DNA of 64,000 bases from Candidatus Thorarchaeota archaeon (GCA_004524445.1 SDNP01000016.1:1-64000), one strand, 5' to 3'. Shown: positions 9,627 to 20,243, numbered from the stretch's first letter. Notes: generated by a model from the sequence alone, not told the origin. Program-made: numbers and translations.

Positions 9627-11540
9627 ATGACTTCTCAAAAAAACAATGGATCGGTTGATATACGGGAGGCAGTAATGAAGGCTCTGCCCAAATCAGCTGC
9701 GATTAGCGGTGTTGAATATGAAGGGCCGGAAATTGCAATCTACTCTAAGGCACCTAAAATTCTCCTGGATGATGGCGATAGAATCAAGTCATTGGCCAGG
9801 AAAATGAGAAAACGAATTGTTGTTAGATCGGCTCCAGAAGTCAGACTACCTCATGACGAGGCTGAGAGCACTGTTCGCAAGTTGGTTCCCGAGGAAGCGG
9901 AGATAACATCCCTGGATTTTGATGAGTCTCGCGGCGAGATTATCATTGAAGCACAGAAGCCCGGATTAGTAATCGGCAGGGGCGGTAGTACCCTGAGAGA
10001 GATTACTAGGCAGACATTATGGAGGCCGAGTGTTCAAAGGACTCCACCTATTGAGAGTAAACTCATCAAGCAAATCCGTTATATCATTCAATCCGAAGCT
10101 GAAACACGGAAGAAAGCATTTCGAGAGATAGGCAGACGGATTCATCGGTCAACTCTGGTTGAGAATGGGTGGATTAGGCTCACCGCCATGGGTGGTTTCC
10201 GCGAGGTTGGGAGACAATGCATGTTTCTTCAAACTGCGGAGAGCAATATCTTGGTTGAATGCGGTGTCAATGTCGGCGCTCCCTCACGGGCATTTCCACG
10301 GCTAGACTTGCCCGAGTTCAATATTGAAGACCTCGATGCTGTTGTAATTTCACATGCCCATCTAGACCATTGTGGCATGGTACCTTACCTTTTCAAATAT
10401 GGATATCGTGGGCCGGTCTACATGACTGCACCTACGCTTCATCTTTCAACTCTACTACAGCTCGATTATCTGGACGTTGCAGAACGAGAAGGAAAAGTCA
10501 GGCCCTATCGAGATAGAGATGTCAAGGAAGCAATACTTCGCACAATCACACTGAATTATGGTGAGGTTACTGATATCGCACCAGATGTTCGACTAACTCT
10601 CCATAATGCAGGTCACATTCTAGGATCAGCAATCATCCATCTTCATGTTGGCGATGGGCAGTACAATCTCGCTTATACAGGCGATTTCAAATTTGGAAGA
10701 ACCCGATTGTTGGAGCCAGCTACGTTCACATTTCCAAGGCTTGAAACACTGATAGTCGAAAGCACATACGGTCATCCAACCGATAAGATGCCTCCCAGAC
10801 AGGAAGTGGAACGAAGGTTCGCTTCTATCATAAAGAACACTATCAAACGTGGCGGAAAAGTCCTGATTCCGGTTCTAGCCGTAGGAAGGGCACAGGAAAT
10901 TATGTTGGTAATTGAGGACCTGGTGACCAAGAACAGAATACCCAGAGTTCCAGTGTATCTGGAGGGAATGATTGCCCAAGCGACTGCCATTCATACAACA
11001 CACCCTGAAGCTTTGAGCAAAAAAATAAGAGAACTAATCTTCCATCAAGGAGTCAATCCATTCCTCAATGACATTTTCGTGCAGGTCGATAGTCCAGACC
11101 AACGTGAAGAAATAGTGGAGGGAGAACCCTGCATCATTATGGCCACATCAGGCATGCTCGCAGGAGGACCTAGTGTTGACTACTTCAGGCTATTGGCCCC
11201 AGATAATCAGAATACTCTCATCTTTGTTAGCTATCAAGGCGAAGGTACGCTTGGCAGAAGAATCCAGAAGGGATGGAAGGAAATTCAGATGAGAGATCGA
11301 GAGGGAAATTCACAATCAGTTCCAGTGAATCTTCAAGTTGAAACTGTTGAGGGTTTCTCAGGTCACTCTGACCGGAAACAGATTCTCAACTTCGTTAAAA
11401 GGGTTAATCCTAGTCCGGAGAAAGTCTTGACTTGCCATGGAGAGGCTTCAAAATGTCTTAATCTGGCTTCAACCATTCATAAGGCTTTGAAGATTGAAAC
11501 AAAAGCCCTCATGGTTACAGAATCAACCAAGCTCAAGTAG
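9627..11540 (+). CDS. fttA: Beta-CASP ribonuclease aCPSF1 (FttA)
   Basis: N-terminal KH domains (PGLVIGRGG), SHAHLDH, AGHILGS, FSGHSDR; follows psmB. Confidence 0.97.
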   Translation: MTSQKNNGSVDIREAVMKALPKSAAISGVEYEGPEIAIYSKAPKILLDDGDRIKSLARKMRKRIVVRSAPEVRLPHDEAESTVRKLVPEEAEITSLDFDESRGEIIIEAQKPGLVIGRGGSTLREITRQTLWRPSVQRTPPIESKLIKQIRYIIQSEAETRKKAFREIGRRIHRSTLVENGWIRLTAMGGFREVGRQCMFLQTAESNILVECGVNVGAPSRAFPRLDLPEFNIEDLDAVVISHAHLDHCGMVPYLFKYGYRGPVYMTAPTLHLSTLLQLDYLDVAEREGKVRPYRDRDVKEAILRTITLNYGEVTDIAPDVRLTLHNAGHILGSAIIHLHVGDGQYNLAYTGDFKFGRTRLLEPATFTFPRLETLIVESTYGHPTDKMPPRQEVERRFASIIKNTIKRGGKVLIPVLAVGRAQEIMLVIEDLVTKNRIPRVPVYLEGMIAQATAIHTTHPEALSKKIRELIFHQGVNPFLNDIFVQVDSPDQREEIVEGEPCIIMATSGMLAGGPSVDYFRLLAPDNQNTLIFVSYQGEGTLGRRIQKGWKEIQMRDREGNSQSVPVNLQVETVEGFSGHSDRKQILNFVKRVNPSPEKVLTCHGEASKCLNLASTIHKALKIETKALMVTESTKLK

Positions 11541-11555
11541 ACATCCCTACGGGTT

Positions 11556-11951
11556 TTAGAAGTTCACAAACGATGGCGCCACAATCACACAATTGTCATT
11601 GACTAGAGCAAGGTCCGCATGATAGCTTCGTGTTTCTCCACGGATTCGTTCAATGATTCGTTTCAGTTCCAAGTGTGTCTGGTCCCGCCCATCATTGAGT
11701 TTACGGATGTCTAGCAATACGATGTTGCCATTCTTTACCTGATTTACAATGAAGGGAACATCGTCTAGAGATTCCAAACGCTTGGACCTGATGAATATAC
11801 TATCCAGTTCAGAGAGACGTCTGAATTCATGTTGTGGGTCAGTTTCTTTCTTTTCAACAGCAGGTGAAAAGATTCCTAAACCTTTCTTTTTGTCCCCTTC
11901 ATCAGCGCCTTCTTCTTCATCTTTCTTCTTCCGTCCAAATAGGAATCGCAT
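11556..11951 (-). CDS. sepF: Archaeal cell division protein SepF
   Basis: Amphipathic N-terminus, GNIVLLDI, LKRIIERIR, VIVAP C-terminal core. Confidence 0.8.
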   Translation of the reverse strand: MRFLFGRKKKDEEEGADEGDKKKGLGIFSPAVEKKETDPQHEFRRLSELDSIFIRSKRLESLDDVPFIVNQVKNGNIVLLDIRKLNDGRDQTHLELKRIIERIRGETRSYHADLALVNDNCVIVAPSFVNF

Positions 11952-12126
11952 TTGAAATCACCTCGTATCTTGTTGTTTTTTCCTAAGAAGATTAGAAAAG
12001 ACCGAGTAATACATGGTTGGATTACGAACGATTCTTGGGGCTCCATCATAATTCTGAGTTTGAAAGATATTCCGTCACTCGAAACAGATTTTACGTTCCA
12101 TAACTCGGTATGAGTGAGTGTTCTAG

Positions 12127-14808
12127 ATGCCTGAGCCAAGAGAGGATGATTATGTCTATGATGACTTGAGAAGCCACTTGAAAGTACTGGGAAATCGTTA
12201 TTCTATCGAAATTCTTGAGGTGCTTAGTCCGTCTGAGGGTGCCATTGTTCCAGAGGTGGGATGGGACGAGATTGTGGAGGGCATTCTACAACTCATGGGG
12301 TATCCCAAACCTCCACCGAGCAAACGTGATTCTCGGTCACAAAAAGAAGCAGAATATGAGAAAAGAAGGAGAAGATTCGCTTCGGGAGGAACTCTCTATG
12401 AATCAATGAATAAACTAGTAAAAGCTGGGTTTGTTCAAGCGATTGGTGCAAGAGGCAAAAAACAAAGGAGTTTCATGATTACTCATGAGGGAAGGTTAGT
12501 TCTGTCGGCTTTGAGAAGCATGCTTGGGCCCTCAGCAGTGGATACAGAATTTCAGAGAGCTGCCAAAGTGCTTCTGAAACACAAGAATTTCATTCGTCCA
12601 CTACCTGCTCAGCAGAAATTTCTCCAAGAAATTGGAGATATTAGTGAGAATTTGATTATCCAAATGCCACCAGGGTCCGGGAAGACATTTTTGGCCATGA
12701 TCATAATATTAACTAGGCTTCAACGTGGTTCTCGTGCGCTCTATGTCACCCCCTATATCTCCATTAATAGGCAGGTGTTGAATGAATATGGAGATCTCTT
12801 TGAAGAACTCGGATATTCAGTAGTTCGATTAGATGGGACAACAACAGTAGCGGATGAGGAGCTGGAGCAAGCCGACCTCATTGTGGGAATCTATGAGTCT
12901 ATCCTATCATCATATTTGCAGAAAGCTGGATGGACAGAGAAGATTGAATTGGTTATTGTTGACGAAATCACGCAACTGGATTCAGGTGTTGATACGTTAA
13001 GGCCATCCAATTTGGGTAGTGACAGAAGTGTAAAGGCAGACATGCTAGTCACACTCCTAAAACAATCGAGTCAGATAATCACCCTTTCATCAAGATTTGG
13101 TGATACAGACTCAGTGGCAAAATGGCTAAACGCCCGAGTTTTCCGTCCGAGTGTTAGACTATGCCCCGATGAATATATCGTAGAGAAAATCGGTGAAACT
13201 GTTGAGATTCAAAGCAGAGATGGAACCCATATTGAGGAGATACAGAGGGAGTATCCTCTTGAAGCGGTCATAGATCATATTGACGACGCACAGAATAAGT
13301 CAATACTCGTTGTGGTCGGGTATCGATATAAAGCAGAACAGATAGCAAGAGCAGCAGCTAGAAGATGGCAGCGTCCTCTTGATGGATCAATAACAGATCA
13401 TATACTTGGTTCATCTAAAGGTTTGCCACTCGCAGAACGATTGAAGGAAGTTCTACAAGCTGGTATCGCATTTCATCACGCTGGACTTGATTCTGGGGTT
13501 CGGGGAAGATTGGAGGATGAGATTAGAAGGAACAATATCAGATTTGTTGTTTCAACGACAGGAATCACTGCTGGCACCAGTTTCCCCTTTGATGCGGTAG
13601 TGATTCTCTTTGACCGGTCTATGGGATTCTTAGTTACAAGGTCAAGATACTTGCAGATTGCAGGGCGAATTGGTGAATACTACTTGGCACAGCGGGGTGG
13701 AAGTGTCTATCTTGTTTTTGAATCGCCCACACGTCAATTCAAGAGCGCAGATCAATTAGCAAAGACTTTGCTCCATGAACCACTCAGACCCCTTGAACCA
13801 GGTCCCATTGATCCGTCGATTATGGCAAATCTAATCATTCGACAGGCATTGAAACAACGAACATTCAAGGCATCTAAAATCAAGAAAGAAGTTCTCTCCA
13901 TTCTGCAAAAGAGCTACAGGACTTCAAAGGATGGAGATTATGAGAGATATATATCGAACATGTTTGATAGTCTGGTTGAGTGGTTTGAAAATAGAAACTG
14001 CGTCCCAGGGACAAAATCTGGAGCCAAGCTCTCGAAGAATATGCGTGCTGCCGCGGACTCAAGGCTTGATTCAATTCATTATGTTGAGCATGAAAATGAG
14101 ATCAATTCGTTGAAAGATGATAGGGATACGGATGCGTTTCTTGAAATCTTACTGAAATTCCCACTTCCTCAATCAGCTAGACCACGAACGTATCTCCCCA
14201 CTCAAATTGAGCTGAAGTGTGCAGGTTTGGATGAAGTAGAAGATTGGTACAAAGAGCTGGTAGCTAGACGACACCGCATTAAACAGACAGTCCTCAATGG
14301 ATGGACCAAAGAAGAGAGCGTTCCTCAGATATTGGAGGAAGCATTACAGGTGGCTACTGAGGCGTCTTCCAGTGATAGACCATCGGGGGGAAGCGACATT
14401 GAAGAGGGGGATTTAATGGCACTAGCAGACATATGCAAGAGCCTCTCAAGAGAGTTTCAGTCATATCAACAGAAGCTCGCAAACTTGCCATTGGCGAAAC
14501 GATTCGAAATACTATCACTACAGATGGAATATGGATTACGTCCAGATATCGCAGCAACAACCCTACCTAATCTTGTGGTTCATTTGAGTGAAAAGGATGA
14601 GCGACCACTCTCCCGAAAAGAAATGAGAACACTTTATGATAATGGATATCGAAGTATCTCAGACATCCTGAAGAAAGATGTTGACGCCAGCAAGAAGGGG
14701 CTGGCTCGGAATAGATTCGCCAAGAACTGCGGACTTGACTTTCAGTTGGCAAAACAGGTCTACAAATCTGCACTACGGTATGTGCGACAACAGATGCAGA
14801 AAGGATAG
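12127..14808 (+). CDS. Ski2/Hel308-like SF2 helicase with N-terminal winged HTH and divergent motifs
   Basis: MPPGSGKT (I), VDEIT (II), LSS (III), GIAFHHAGL, QIAGRIG (VI); N-terminal wHTH GTLYESMNKLVKAGFV...FMITHEGR. Confidence 0.8.
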   Translation: MPEPREDDYVYDDLRSHLKVLGNRYSIEILEVLSPSEGAIVPEVGWDEIVEGILQLMGYPKPPPSKRDSRSQKEAEYEKRRRRFASGGTLYESMNKLVKAGFVQAIGARGKKQRSFMITHEGRLVLSALRSMLGPSAVDTEFQRAAKVLLKHKNFIRPLPAQQKFLQEIGDISENLIIQMPPGSGKTFLAMIIILTRLQRGSRALYVTPYISINRQVLNEYGDLFEELGYSVVRLDGTTTVADEELEQADLIVGIYESILSSYLQKAGWTEKIELVIVDEITQLDSGVDTLRPSNLGSDRSVKADMLVTLLKQSSQIITLSSRFGDTDSVAKWLNARVFRPSVRLCPDEYIVEKIGETVEIQSRDGTHIEEIQREYPLEAVIDHIDDAQNKSILVVVGYRYKAEQIARAAARRWQRPLDGSITDHILGSSKGLPLAERLKEVLQAGIAFHHAGLDSGVRGRLEDEIRRNNIRFVVSTTGITAGTSFPFDAVVILFDRSMGFLVTRSRYLQIAGRIGEYYLAQRGGSVYLVFESPTRQFKSADQLAKTLLHEPLRPLEPGPIDPSIMANLIIRQALKQRTFKASKIKKEVLSILQKSYRTSKDGDYERYISNMFDSLVEWFENRNCVPGTKSGAKLSKNMRAAADSRLDSIHYVEHENEINSLKDDRDTDAFLEILLKFPLPQSARPRTYLPTQIELKCAGLDEVEDWYKELVARRHRIKQTVLNGWTKEESVPQILEEALQVATEASSSDRPSGGSDIEEGDLMALADICKSLSREFQSYQQKLANLPLAKRFEILSLQMEYGLRPDIAATTLPNLVVHLSEKDERPLSRKEMRTLYDNGYRSISDILKKDVDASKKGLARNRFAKNCGLDFQLAKQVYKSALRYVRQQMQKG

Positions 14809-14812
14809 TTGC

Positions 14813-15316
14813 TTATTCCTTACTGAAGTCCCATAGCTCATCATTCACATGATGCACACTAAGAATGACCTTACCAGTGTCTATGGAACGCATCTCCTGA
14901 GAGTTTAGCTGAGCCACTCCGACAGCTAATGCCTTCCCATGGCGCTCTTCAATAATCCCTACGACTGAATCCTCCTCAATTCCATCATCAATTTTGATGA
15001 TACCTGGACGCATGATGTCTGCGCCGTTTACGACGAAACGGACTGCGCCCATGTCGACAGTAACTTCAGGTATCTTCACCATGTCCTTCAACAAAGCATG
15101 TACAGTTGGGAATAGTCTCCCATCTTTCTCAAAGAAGAGGATATCATCGTCAAGAATCAGGATTCTAGTCCCGTCATCCAAGATTCCTTCTTCGAATCTA
15201 TCGTCTTCACCTAGTCCGACAAGGGAGCCCAATTTCTTCTCTATCCTTTCAACCTCTTCGCGATGGTCCCTCTTTTTCAGGAGATGCCGTTTTTTAATTC
15301 GTTCAATGGATGGCAT
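14813..15316 (-). CDS. PUA-domain RNA-binding protein (DUF1947/MCT-1-like)
   Basis: FPTV, VTVDMGAVRFVVNGADIMRPGI, HHVNDELW. Confidence 0.92.
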   Translation of the reverse strand: MPSIERIKKRHLLKKRDHREEVERIEKKLGSLVGLGEDDRFEEGILDDGTRILILDDDILFFEKDGRLFPTVHALLKDMVKIPEVTVDMGAVRFVVNGADIMRPGIIKIDDGIEEDSVVGIIEERHGKALAVGVAQLNSQEMRSIDTGKVILSVHHVNDELWDFSKE

Positions 15317-15471
15317 TTGATGAAGCTACCTATCATTTCCTTTTCAAAGCTACGGAACAGAACCTGTTTTTCAGAGTTTACATCGTCATGTTTTTAAGAT
15401 AAGTCCAAAAGCTTCGTGAAGAGTCGAGAGAGCACCCTGCTCCGACCGAGATTCTGTAAATGGTGAAATAA

Positions 15472-15729
15472 GTGAACGCAGGTAGACCTATGGACCTTCT
15501 CCAGAAATCAATTGGATCACAAGTATTAGTTGAGCTGAGGGGAGATAGAAAGATTAAGGGAAAGCTTCGCGGATACGACCAACACTTGAATCTCATCCTT
15601 GAGAATGCAGACGAGATATCTCCCGACCCAGAAAGGGAAACAGGAAGCATTGAAGCCATTCATACAGTCATTGTACGTGGCGACAATGTCGTTATTGTAA
15701 GCCCGCCGCCGAAGAGTGCTAAGAAGTAA
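15472..15729 (+). CDS. lsm: Sm-like protein Lsm (SmAP1)
   Basis: GKLRGYDQHLNLIL Sm1 motif, VRGDNVV Sm2 motif. Confidence 0.95.
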   Translation: MNAGRPMDLLQKSIGSQVLVELRGDRKIKGKLRGYDQHLNLILENADEISPDPERETGSIEAIHTVIVRGDNVVIVSPPPKSAKK

Positions 15730-15744
15730 CAGGAGCGCATTACA

Positions 15745-15933
15745 ATGGGCAAAGGAACTCCATCAAAAGGCAAGAAAAACAATCCACACCATATCAGGTG
15801 CCGCAGATGCGGTAGGAGATCCTATCACGTGAGAAAGAAGGTATGTGCAGCCTGTGGGTTTGGAGCATCTGCTAAACTTAGGCAGTATAGCTGGGCAAAA
15901 AAGAAAGTCAACGGAAAACGTGTTCGCGGATAG
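15745..15933 (+). CDS. rpl37e: 50S ribosomal protein L37e
   Basis: [20 protein letters not shown]...CAACGFG. Confidence 0.97.
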   Translation: MGKGTPSKGKKNNPHHIRCRRCGRRSYHVRKKVCAACGFGASAKLRQYSWAKKKVNGKRVRG

Positions 15934-16046
15934 AGCCAGCAAATTATCTTCGTCAAATCCTTGTCCTCTTAACGAATGTGTTCACTGATTTTTTGATGTT
16001 GAAACAAGTCTATTCTTCCACAGGCGGCTTACTGAGTTTTACACAC

Positions 16047-16715
16047 TTAGCCAATTGTATGACTTTCCCCTTCGCCCAGAATCACTACTTCAGTTGATGA
16101 TTCACTCTCTACAGTGGTCTTTAGTGCCTCTGGGTCAGCACCTCTCAGATGCATAGGAATCGCAATCTTTGGTTTCATCAAAAGGATAGCCTGAGACGCC
16201 TCTGTCATGTCCATCGTATATGTTCCCCCACTGGGAACCAAAGCGACATCGAGTTCAGGCAGCTCTTCCATCTGTGGAATTAGGTCCGTGTCACCAGCAT
16301 GGTAGATTTTCTTATCTTCGATTTTTATGATATAGCCGACGCCCAACCCCAGCGGATGGAAGGGCTCTCCTGGCTTACGAAATCGCTTTACATTATACGC
16401 CGGGACAGCCCAGATTACTGTTCCATCGTTAATCACCATATGCTCGCCAGCACTCATACCCCACACAATCCCACCGCCCAGCTCCTTTTTCAGGTTTTCA
16501 GGAGCTATGATAGGAGACCCCATTTTGCGAATCTTCTTGATAATCCCCTTGTCAAAATGATCTTGATGTCCATGTGTAACTAGGATCAAGTCTGCTGGTT
16601 CGAAATCATCTTTCTTGAGACCTGTTCCTTTTGTTGAGGGGTCGATGTAGATATTCTGATTCTCAGTTTTTATCTGGATACTGGCATGGGCCAGCAAACG
16701 AATAGTCACACTCAA
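16047..16715 (-). CDS. Metallo-beta-lactamase-fold hydrolase
   Basis: HASI, IYIDP, THGHQDH, YHAGDT, IPMH. Confidence 0.9.
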   Translation of the reverse strand: MSVTIRLLAHASIQIKTENQNIYIDPSTKGTGLKKDDFEPADLILVTHGHQDHFDKGIIKKIRKMGSPIIAPENLKKELGGGIVWGMSAGEHMVINDGTVIWAVPAYNVKRFRKPGEPFHPLGLGVGYIIKIEDKKIYHAGDTDLIPQMEELPELDVALVPSGGTYTMDMTEASQAILLMKPKIAIPMHLRGADPEALKTTVESESSTEVVILGEGESHTIG

Positions 16716-16802
16716 TGAAACCACATCCAAAGATGATGTCACATATCGCTATATGTCTTTCATATGTTTAGATTGGTCATCTGAAGAAAAAGGGGCATTC
16801 CA

Positions 16803-17195
16803 ATGTCAAGGAGAAGAAGTAATATCATAGAACTTCTAGGCCCTCTGGGACTAGAAATGCCTTCAAATATTCTGGGTTGCATGATCCTCGAGTTGAATAC
16901 AGGTCAACCGCTTTATTCTCACTTTTTTGATGATAATCTCAAGGAGAATCCATCTCTAATCCCCCAGCGAATACGCTCCAATGATTTGAAAATGGTGCAT
17001 CAGATGGGCAGGCATATGGTATTTACGGCGCTCGTGACTTACGAAACTCCCGAAGTAAGGCAGGAGCTAAGGGCGTTTAAGCAGCGAGTGGAGGAAGTCT
17101 ATCCTGAGGGCCTAAAGCGCGGGAGCGGTACTTTTGCTGATTATGTGATTCTGCAGGATATGGTGACGGAAATCTTCCGCAAAGAGGGTTTGTAA
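16803..17195 (+). CDS. Longin-like small protein (putative)
   Basis: CMILELNTGQPLYSHFF beta-hairpin start, hydrophobic beta strand then long helix; about 130 aa. Confidence 0.5.
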   Translation: MSRRRSNIIELLGPLGLEMPSNILGCMILELNTGQPLYSHFFDDNLKENPSLIPQRIRSNDLKMVHQMGRHMVFTALVTYETPEVRQELRAFKQRVEEVYPEGLKRGSGTFADYVILQDMVTEIFRKEGL

Positions 17196-17282
17196 ACTAC
17201 TAATCAGTGATTTTCTGATTCTCCTAATCCTTAAGTGATAGAATAGTCTCTACAGGTAACTAGTCGGATGAAGGTTTTGCAT

Positions 17283-19889
17283 ATGAGGAGGAGAATAATC
17301 AACGTGTTCCTCTCTCTAGTTGGGCCAATCGCCATGATAGTCCTCTTGACGATACCAATTGGTCCACTTGCCGGGGGACTTGGAATTCTAGAACCAATTG
17401 GAGGAATTTTCGATATTGGAGTTGGCCTGAAAGAGCCTGTGGAAGAAACTATCAGCCTTGAAGGGCTTGAGAATGAAGTAACTATACTCATAGACCACAA
17501 TGGTGTTCCTCATATTTACGCAGAATCAGCCAAAGATGCCTACTACGGGCTTGGCTACATGCATGCGAAAGATAGACTCTTCCAGATGGTTATGCAGAAG
17601 CATCTTGCTGCAGGAAGAGTCAGTGAGCTCGTAGGGGGATATGCCAATATCTCTGACAAGATTTATCGTACCATAGGCTTAGATAGAACTGCTCATAAAA
17701 CCCTAGATTGGTTTCTTGCTAATGCCGATATAAACCCTGACGTCGACTTTGCATTGCAACTGATGGAGGCACAAGTCAATGGCATTAATTTGTTTATCGA
17801 GTCCATGACCACACGAAATATGCCAGTGGAATTCCAGCTTCTGGGCATATCACCTGAACCCTGGAGAATGGTTGACATGTTCCTTGGTGCTTCTTTCATA
17901 ACGTGGAGTCTCACGGGAGACTTTGATGACTTGAAACGGCTTTGGTTAAGAGAGAAGATTCAGAATGACACCATGTTAAATGAATTATATCCGGATTTTC
18001 TGCCATATCAGAGTTTCATCATAAAAGAACAGACCAATTTGAGTCTAGCAGAGTACCCGAATGCCCCGGGCGGATATCCAGCTGATCCTGTACCCCAATA
18101 CAGTAGCAGCTCGGATAACATTGCTGAGATTGGTCTAACTAGAATCGAATCGTTACTTAGCTATCTTACTCCCATTTTGGATCCCTTAGGTCTCAAGGGC
18201 CATTTTGGGAGCAACAATTGGGCCGTATCCGGGAACAGAACCACAACGGGTAGTCCGATGTTATGCAATGATGCCCATATGCCCATAGTTGCGCCAAACC
18301 TAGTTTATCAGGCTCATCTCTCTGTGCCAGGGGTCATGAACGCCATAGGTGTGACTCTACCAGGTATGCCGTCTGTAGAAACCGGATTCAATGACCACAT
18401 CGCTTGGGGTTTCACAAACGGAGGCATTGATGTTCTAGACATATTTGCAGAGCAACTCAATCCAGACAACTCCAGCGAGTACTTCTATAATGGCGAGTAC
18501 AGGCCTTTCAGAGAACTACAGGAGACCATTCATACCCGTGAAGGAATTGACATTCCCTTTGTTGTAAAAGAGTCAGTTCATGGGCCCCTTATTGATAGTG
18601 TAGTTGGAGCAAATATTGACAATCCACCATACTTGGCAATGAACTGGACCGGAAACAGTGTCAGTCACTTGATTATCGCGGCAACGAAATTGAACAAGGC
18701 CCAGGATATTGAAGACTACTTCGATGCCATCTATTGGTGGGATAATCCGGTATTCAATTTTGCATACGCCGATGATGATGGCAATATCGCGATGACAGTC
18801 TGCGGTCGTATTCCAATTCGAAGTGGATACAGTGGATTATACCCCGTGACTGCTTTGAATGACAGCGTAGGTATGGTGAGCAATGTTCCCTATGCCTATC
18901 TTCCCAGAGAGGTCAATCCCTCCCGCGGGCACGTTTCATCGGCAAATCAACGTTCAATTGATCCAGATGACTATGGCTATTCACTAGTAGGACCCTATGT
19001 GGACGGGTACCGTGGGAGAAGAATTAACGAATTACTTGCTGCTGACGATGATATTACGATGGAAGACCTCATGCGATTCCAGGCAGATGCCCTAGAGATT
19101 CGAGCAATGAGTATCGTACCAGAAGTAGTTTCAGCGTGGGAAAGCCTTGGGAACGGCAATGAAACTATTCAGATGGTGATAGATTGGTTTGAGGAGTGGG
19201 ATTATGAGATGGACACGGATATCGAGGCACCTACGGTTTGGATGCATCTCTATGATGCAATCAGGCAAGAAACATTCGACGAACTACACTTTCTGGATGC
19301 CGAGATTGAATCCTCTTCAATGAAGAGCTCTGCCCTACCATCGAGCCCGTATCCAAGAGCACCAATTCTTGAACGGATGATATTGGAAAACGATACGATG
19401 TACTTCGATGATTCTCGCACTCCAGATGTTTTTGAAACACGAGATCAGATTCTTGTAAGAGCACTCTCCCTTGCAGTGGATAAGATGTATTCACTATATG
19501 GTCCCAGTGTGGATAATTGGAAATATGGGCTTCATCATACTATCCATGTTGAACACATCGCGGGTCTCACAACGATTGAAGGCGGCGCTATTCGAGGACA
19601 ACATACACTCTTTCCGTCTTATGGTTGGAAAATGAGCTCTGGTCCAGTTTTGAGACATGTGATCGATTTAGAAACTCCACTGAATTCACGTTGTGTTATT
19701 CCTGGTGGACAGAGTGGGAATCCCTTTAGCGACCATTTTGATGACCTATTCCAACTCTGGTTCACGTTTGACGAGGAGGCTAGGCACTATCTCTACCAAG
19801 AGATGTATACCTATTCAACTCAGGATCTCTTCATGGCAGCAGATGTAGACAATGAGCTGATAGAGAGGAGAATTACTCTAATTCCTTGA
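17283..19889 (+). CDS. Penicillin acylase family (Ntn hydrolase), N-terminally anchored
   Basis: GVPHIYA, GYMHAKDRLFQM, GSNNWAV nucleophile, PGGQSGNP.S.H. Confidence 0.95.
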   Translation: MRRRIINVFLSLVGPIAMIVLLTIPIGPLAGGLGILEPIGGIFDIGVGLKEPVEETISLEGLENEVTILIDHNGVPHIYAESAKDAYYGLGYMHAKDRLFQMVMQKHLAAGRVSELVGGYANISDKIYRTIGLDRTAHKTLDWFLANADINPDVDFALQLMEAQVNGINLFIESMTTRNMPVEFQLLGISPEPWRMVDMFLGASFITWSLTGDFDDLKRLWLREKIQNDTMLNELYPDFLPYQSFIIKEQTNLSLAEYPNAPGGYPADPVPQYSSSSDNIAEIGLTRIESLLSYLTPILDPLGLKGHFGSNNWAVSGNRTTTGSPMLCNDAHMPIVAPNLVYQAHLSVPGVMNAIGVTLPGMPSVETGFNDHIAWGFTNGGIDVLDIFAEQLNPDNSSEYFYNGEYRPFRELQETIHTREGIDIPFVVKESVHGPLIDSVVGANIDNPPYLAMNWTGNSVSHLIIAATKLNKAQDIEDYFDAIYWWDNPVFNFAYADDDGNIAMTVCGRIPIRSGYSGLYPVTALNDSVGMVSNVPYAYLPREVNPSRGHVSSANQRSIDPDDYGYSLVGPYVDGYRGRRINELLAADDDITMEDLMRFQADALEIRAMSIVPEVVSAWESLGNGNETIQMVIDWFEEWDYEMDTDIEAPTVWMHLYDAIRQETFDELHFLDAEIESSSMKSSALPSSPYPRAPILERMILENDTMYFDDSRTPDVFETRDQILVRALSLAVDKMYSLYGPSVDNWKYGLHHTIHVEHIAGLTTIEGGAIRGQHTLFPSYGWKMSSGPVLRHVIDLETPLNSRCVIPGGQSGNPFSDHFDDLFQLWFTFDEEARHYLYQEMYTYSTQDLFMAADVDNELIERRITLIP

Positions 19890-19947
19890 AGAGATGAAAA
19901 GAAAACACCTTATGGAAAACGTGGTAAATTTTGGGCAGAAGAATGAG

Positions 19948-20055
19948 TGGTGGACCGGTCGTGATTTGAACACGAGACCTCCTCCATGCCAAGGAGGCAT
20001 TCTATCCTGCTGCGATTCGAGAAGGAATCGCAGTACCAGGCTAAACTACCGGCCC
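19948..20055 (-). tRNA. tRNA-Ala(GGC) with 31-nt intron in the D-loop (20004-20034, position ~20/21)
   Basis: Cloverleaf after intron removal, G3:U70, encoded CCA; CCUG/CAGG central helix and 9-bp intron stem. Confidence 0.93.
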
Positions 20056-20243
20056 AGTGATATTCAAATTGGTTCGATATTTGCACAGTTAAAAGAATTG
20101 CGGAGCAGCTTTGGAAATGGTGGCAAATTGCCATAGATCTCCAATCCCACCATGATAATGTTGAAATCCGAAAAACTGATTACAAGAAGAATGTCAGCAA
20201 TATTGGAGTGATTTCATTCACTCAATCATTGAGGTGCATTGGT

